NCBI GenBank assembly: GCA_038215615.1 | Contig: JBBQQR010000002.1 | Span: 64,001-128,000, forward strand | Source of the DNA: Vulcanimicrobiales bacterium | GTDB lineage: Bacteria; Vulcanimicrobiota; Vulcanimicrobiia; Vulcanimicrobiales; Vulcanimicrobiaceae | DNA length: 64,000 bases | Direction: 5' to 3' | In this document: piece by piece, positions 60,023 to 64,000 of the stretch | How positions within the stretch are numbered: position 1 is the first letter of the stretch | Layout of the letters: each line of letters begins with the position of its first letter | Made by a program: the position numbers and the translations under genes | The notes under the pieces: model-generated | Database searches by the model: none | Told to the model about the DNA's origin: nothing | What the model saw: the letters and a program-made list of their open reading frames with translations, nothing else

Positions 60023-60963
60023 AAAAGAAAAAAGCGCGCGTCGCGGTGGTGATGGGCGGTTCGAGCGCCGAGCGCGAGATTTCCATTCGAACCGGAACCG
60101 GAGTCATGCGCGCGCTCGAATCGCTCGGATATGCCGCGCAGTCGCTCGATTACGATCGGAAGTTTGTTGACGCAATTCGCGACATCGCTCCGGATGCGGT
60201 CTTCAATGCGCTGCACGGTCCCGGCGGCGAAGACGGCCAAGTGCAGGGGATCCTCGATTTTCTCGGCCTGCCATACACGGGCAGTGGTTTGGAAGCCGCG
60301 GCGCTTGCCATGGACAAGCACCTGACCAAGAAGCTGTTTTCGGCCGAAGGCTTGCCGACGGCAATGTGGGATCTCTTCGATCTTTCCGGCGGTACGCTGC
60401 CGCTCTTGCCGGGATCGCTCGATTTGCCGCTGGTCGTGAAGCCGCGTTACCAAGGCAGCAGCGCGGGCGTCTCTATCGTGCGGACGCACGAGCAATGGTC
60501 GCAAGCGATGATCGCGTCGGCCGAGCAATACGCCGAAGTCATTGCTGAAGAGTTTATTCCGGGGCGCGAGTTCACGTGCGGCGTGCTTGGCGAAGAAGCG
60601 CTTCCGGTCGTCGAGATCGTTTCAAATGCCGGCGAGTTTTACAACTTCGAATCCAAATACGCCGCTGGCGGCAGCACGCACGTCGTCCCGGCGCCGATCG
60701 ACCCCGATCTCGCGGCGCGCATCGGGATGCTCGCGCTTTCGGCGCACCGCCTGGTCGGGCTGCGGGATTATTCGCGCACGGATTTTATCGTCAGCAAGGA
60801 AGGCCGCCCGTATATCTTGGAAATCAACACGCTGCCCGGCTTGACGCCGACGAGCCTGCTGCCCGACGCCTGCAACGCGGCCGGCATCGGTTATGAAGCG
60901 CTCATCGACCGGCTCTTGGGCTACGCGCTTTCGCGCAACGGCGAACGCGTGCTGACGAAGTGA
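60019..60963 (+). CDS. ddl: D-alanine--D-alanine ligase
   Basis: GG.SAEREIS, LHG..GEDG, GSS.G, FY.FESKY, LEINTLPG. Confidence 0.96.
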   Translation: MKKKKARVAVVMGGSSAEREISIRTGTGVMRALESLGYAAQSLDYDRKFVDAIRDIAPDAVFNALHGPGGEDGQVQGILDFLGLPYTGSGLEAAALAMDKHLTKKLFSAEGLPTAMWDLFDLSGGTLPLLPGSLDLPLVVKPRYQGSSAGVSIVRTHEQWSQAMIASAEQYAEVIAEEFIPGREFTCGVLGEEALPVVEIVSNAGEFYNFESKYAAGGSTHVVPAPIDPDLAARIGMLALSAHRLVGLRDYSRTDFIVSKEGRPYILEINTLPGLTPTSLLPDACNAAGIGYEALIDRLLGYALSRNGERVLTK

Positions 60964-60970
60964 GAAGATA

Positions 60971-62350
60971 ATGTTCGATTGCCGCTGCCCACACGTTCCC
61001 CATTCCGATCGTTTGTTCGCGCAAGTCGAACTGCTCTACGCGCGCCGGTCGTTTTTGCTCGGCGCCGCTGCCGCCGGAGCGGCGCTCTTTCTGCCGTGGC
61101 GCGCGCGAGCGGCCGAACAAGTGGCGGTGCTCAAAGCGGCGCGGCTTTTTGACGGCGAAGAATTTAAGACTCCCGGCGTGCTGGTGATCAAGGGACAGCG
61201 CATCGTTTCGATGCACGCCGGCGACGCGGGCAGCGACGCGCAGGTCGTCGACTTTGGTGCGGCGACGCTGATGCCCGGCCTGATCGACTGCCACACGCAC
61301 ATTGCCGCGCGCGTTGTTCCCGACACATATATGCTCTCGTTGATGCCGCCAAAAACCGCAGCGGACAACGTGGCGGAAGCTGCGATCTACAGCATTCACA
61401 ACGCGCAGTCGATGCTGCGCAATGGATTTACGACCGTCCGTGATGTCGGCGGCGGCGCCGGAATCGATCTCGCGCTGCGCAATGCGATCGCCAATGGCGC
61501 GATAGTTGGTCCACGCATCCTCGCGGCAGGGCCGTCGCTTTCAATTACGGGCGGACACGGCGACACCAACGATCTGCCCGAATTCGTGCACGTCGATCAG
61601 CCGATCGAGAGCGGCGTCTCGTACGGGCCATACGGTTTTCGCGAACGCGTGCGCGAGCATGTCAAGCGCCATGTCGACCTCATCAAGATCCTCGCAACAG
61701 GCGGGGTGCTTTCGTACGGGGACGTTTGGGATATTCCGCAGTTCAATCTCGACGAAGTGCAAGCGGTCGTCGATGAATCGACGAAGTTCGAGCGCCGCGT
61801 CGCGGCGCACGCGCACGGCGATAAGGGTATCGCGGTAGCCGTTGAGGGTGGGGTTCATTCGATCGAACACGGCACCGGCGTCAGCGAAGCCACGCTCAAG
61901 AAGATGGAAGATCGCGGCACCTACCTAACGCCGACGATTTGGGCGCTCGACTCGATTTTGCAGCCGGGCAATCCGAACAAAGTCTCGCCCGGCGGCGTCG
62001 CAAAAGCCGAACTGGCGTCGGAGCTGCGCAACGCCGGCATGCAGCGTGCGATCTCCAGCCGCGTGAAAATTTCTTACGGCACGGACGCCGGCGTTTTTCC
62101 GCACGCGGAAAACAATAAAGACTTCGCGCTTTTGGCGTCGATGGGGATGCGGCCGATTGACCTGTTGCGGTCGGCTACCAGCCGCGCGGCCGACTTGCTG
62201 GGAACGTCCGACCGCGGCACGCTGGCGCCCGGAAAACTTGCCGACGTCATCGCCGTTTCGGACGACCCGGCGGCAAATATCCGAACGCTTGAAAAGCCTT
62301 CTTTCGTGATGCTGGGGGGGCGCCGGATCGATACGTCGCGCCTGGCGTAA
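60971..62350 (+). CDS. Tat-exported metal-dependent amidohydrolase (Xaa-Pro dipeptidase-like)
   Basis: RRSFLL twin-arginine motif, PGLIDCHTH, GFTTVRD, AAHAHG, SIEHG, GTDAG. Confidence 0.88.
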   Translation: MFDCRCPHVPHSDRLFAQVELLYARRSFLLGAAAAGAALFLPWRARAAEQVAVLKAARLFDGEEFKTPGVLVIKGQRIVSMHAGDAGSDAQVVDFGAATLMPGLIDCHTHIAARVVPDTYMLSLMPPKTAADNVAEAAIYSIHNAQSMLRNGFTTVRDVGGGAGIDLALRNAIANGAIVGPRILAAGPSLSITGGHGDTNDLPEFVHVDQPIESGVSYGPYGFRERVREHVKRHVDLIKILATGGVLSYGDVWDIPQFNLDEVQAVVDESTKFERRVAAHAHGDKGIAVAVEGGVHSIEHGTGVSEATLKKMEDRGTYLTPTIWALDSILQPGNPNKVSPGGVAKAELASELRNAGMQRAISSRVKISYGTDAGVFPHAENNKDFALLASMGMRPIDLLRSATSRAADLLGTSDRGTLAPGKLADVIAVSDDPAANIRTLEKPSFVMLGGRRIDTSRLA

Positions 62351-62386
62351 CATTCCGGAGCCTCTCGGACGTTATACAAGCCACCT

Positions 62387-63331
62387 ATGCTGAAAAACTC
62401 TACTGCGGTACTCTTTGCCGTTGCCGTCCTGGCCGTTTCCGTCGCAGGCCCGAGCCGCACTGGGGCGCAGGCCACCACGCCGGCCGCGCAGGCTACCCTG
62501 CCGCCCTATCAGTCCCTGACCCCAGTCCGTGTGCTCGGCATGATCCGCCGCGTTTTTCGGTCGCACCGGCCCCCGCCGGCCTACGAGACGTACACGATGA
62601 TCCGCACGCAGTACACGAATTACGCCGCTGAGCCCGGCGCCTCGCCCTATCCGGACCCGCTCGGCTCGTACACGACGCATTATTGGGTCCGAAACCTGGA
62701 CCGCGCCGCGCTGACGCGCCGCATCTATCGCGACGACGCGGAGGGACCGCCGAGTTTCGATCGTCCGGCGCTCAACGAAGCCACCGATCCGGGGCCGCCG
62801 ACCGCCGACGTCTTTGCGGCGGCGCCGCGGAATCAGCACATCAACCCGCAGTCGTACGTTCCGACGCCCGAGCCGTCATCCGAGCCGCTCAAAACCATCG
62901 GCTCCGTGATCGCCGTCGGCGAATCCGATTACGATGTTCCGCAGATGACGGTCGAGCGGAATCTTCTGCACCTGGTCCTGCGCCCGCGCCGCGACCCGGA
63001 GCGCAACGTGCTGCGCCAGATTTGGGTGGACAAAAAGAGCTACGAATTGCGGCGCATCATCGCGCACGACCGCCTCTTCACGGGCGACGAGGGAATCTTC
63101 CCGGTCACGTTTACCTACACGCTCGGCTATTTGAGCGGGCAACTGGTCGTGACGCACCTCCACGGCATTGTCGAGCCGCGCGTCGAATCCAACGGAACGC
63201 AAACGGTCTACGGCGGCGACGGCGCGACAGTCGACTTCGACTTCACGGATATCACGTTTCCGAGTTCGCTGCCGGAATGGTATTTCAACCCGCGGGAATA
63301 CGGCCAGCACATAGCGGAGGTGCCAATCTAA
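62387..63331 (+). CDS. Hypothetical secreted protein
   Basis: Signal peptide, Pro-rich middle, beta-rich C-terminus; codon pattern consistent with a real gene. Confidence 0.7.
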   Translation: MLKNSTAVLFAVAVLAVSVAGPSRTGAQATTPAAQATLPPYQSLTPVRVLGMIRRVFRSHRPPPAYETYTMIRTQYTNYAAEPGASPYPDPLGSYTTHYWVRNLDRAALTRRIYRDDAEGPPSFDRPALNEATDPGPPTADVFAAAPRNQHINPQSYVPTPEPSSEPLKTIGSVIAVGESDYDVPQMTVERNLLHLVLRPRRDPERNVLRQIWVDKKSYELRRIIAHDRLFTGDEGIFPVTFTYTLGYLSGQLVVTHLHGIVEPRVESNGTQTVYGGDGATVDFDFTDITFPSSLPEWYFNPREYGQHIAEVPI

Positions 63332-63340
63332 GGAGAGATT

Positions 63341-64000
63341 ATGTCTACAACAGGGATTGTCGTCGACCGGGGCCTTGAAGGCGTCGTGGTCGGCAGCACG
63401 CTGCTTTCCAACGTCGAGGGGAAAGAGGGGCGGCTCACCTACCGTGGCTACGACATCGACGATTTGGCGCCCAACGCGTGCTTCGAAGAAGTCGTGCACC
63501 TGCTGTTGTACGGACGTCTCCCTTCCGCAAAGCAGCTCGACGAGCTGCGCAAAGAACTCGGCGCGCATCGCATGCTGCCCGAGCCGCTCATCAACGCGAT
63601 GGAACGCGTTCCCAAAGACGCTTGGCCGATGGACGTGCTGCGCACGATCGTTTCCGGACTCGCGATCTTCGTGCCGGTCGACGCGCACGGCGCGCATGTT
63701 TCAGACGTGCACACCGCGATCGAATTGATCGCCAAGGTGCCGACCGCCGTTGCGATGTGGGATCGCATCCGCCGCGGACTCGAACCCATCGAGCCCCGGC
63801 ACGATCTGTCGCAAGCGGCGAACTTCCTTTATATGTGCCGCGGCACCGAGCCGTCCGAAGTCGCCGAGGATGCGATGGACACCTATCTCGTGCTGCTGGC
63901 CGATCACTCGTTTAACGCGTCCACTTTTTCCGCGCGCGTAACGGCTTCGACGAAGGCCGATCTGTACGCCGCGGTGACGTCGGCGATCGCGACGCTCGAA
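63341..64000 (+). CDS. Citrate synthase / methylcitrate synthase family (partial, runs off window end)
   Basis: SD AAGGAG; MSTTGIVVDRGLEGVV...G.LTYRGYDI..LA....FEEV..LLL.G.LP...LLADHSFNASTF.ARV..ST.ADLY. Confidence 0.92.
   Translation, partial: MSTTGIVVDRGLEGVVVGSTLLSNVEGKEGRLTYRGYDIDDLAPNACFEEVVHLLLYGRLPSAKQLDELRKELGAHRMLPEPLINAMERVPKDAWPMDVLRTIVSGLAIFVPVDAHGAHVSDVHTAIELIAKVPTAVAMWDRIRRGLEPIEPRHDLSQAANFLYMCRGTEPSEVAEDAMDTYLVLLADHSFNASTFSARVTASTKADLYAAVTSAIATLE

Overview
This is a gene-dense, high-GC bacterial core-chromosome segment. The gene repertoire suggests a diderm Terrabacteria member, plausibly Eremiobacterota/WPS-2-like (inference): an ftsEX-envC-ctpA operon, polA-mutM-coaE, a single LptF/G, an LptD-like barrel and a SigB-type promoter. 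Contents in order: an ftsE-ftsX-[sensorless HK]-[REC-GGDEF]-M23/EnvC-S41-S41 operon; metabolic and redox genes including a DsrE-like plus TsdA-like pair and an all-in-one lipoyl-E2-E1 2-oxoglutarate dehydrogenase; a serine hydrolase/two-component operon; lrp-kdd-kamA; pntAa-Ab-B; polA-DUF192-mutM-rpsA-coaE; two KGG/GsiB-like stress genes; an envelope cluster (slt, lptF/G, pentapeptide-repeat-LptD-like, an unannotated metallothionein, a lipoprotein, lnt fused to an LptC-like ORF); the dcw cluster mraZ to ddl; an amidohydrolase, a hypothetical gene and a partial citrate synthase. I saw no CRISPR, tRNA/rRNA or mobile element. The best candidate novel system is a CofE (F420-0:glutamate ligase)-like amide ligase translationally coupled between murF and mraY, a candidate peptidoglycan-precursor modifying enzyme (e.g. 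polyamine-ligating). All product calls come from motif recognition by eye; no database search was run.
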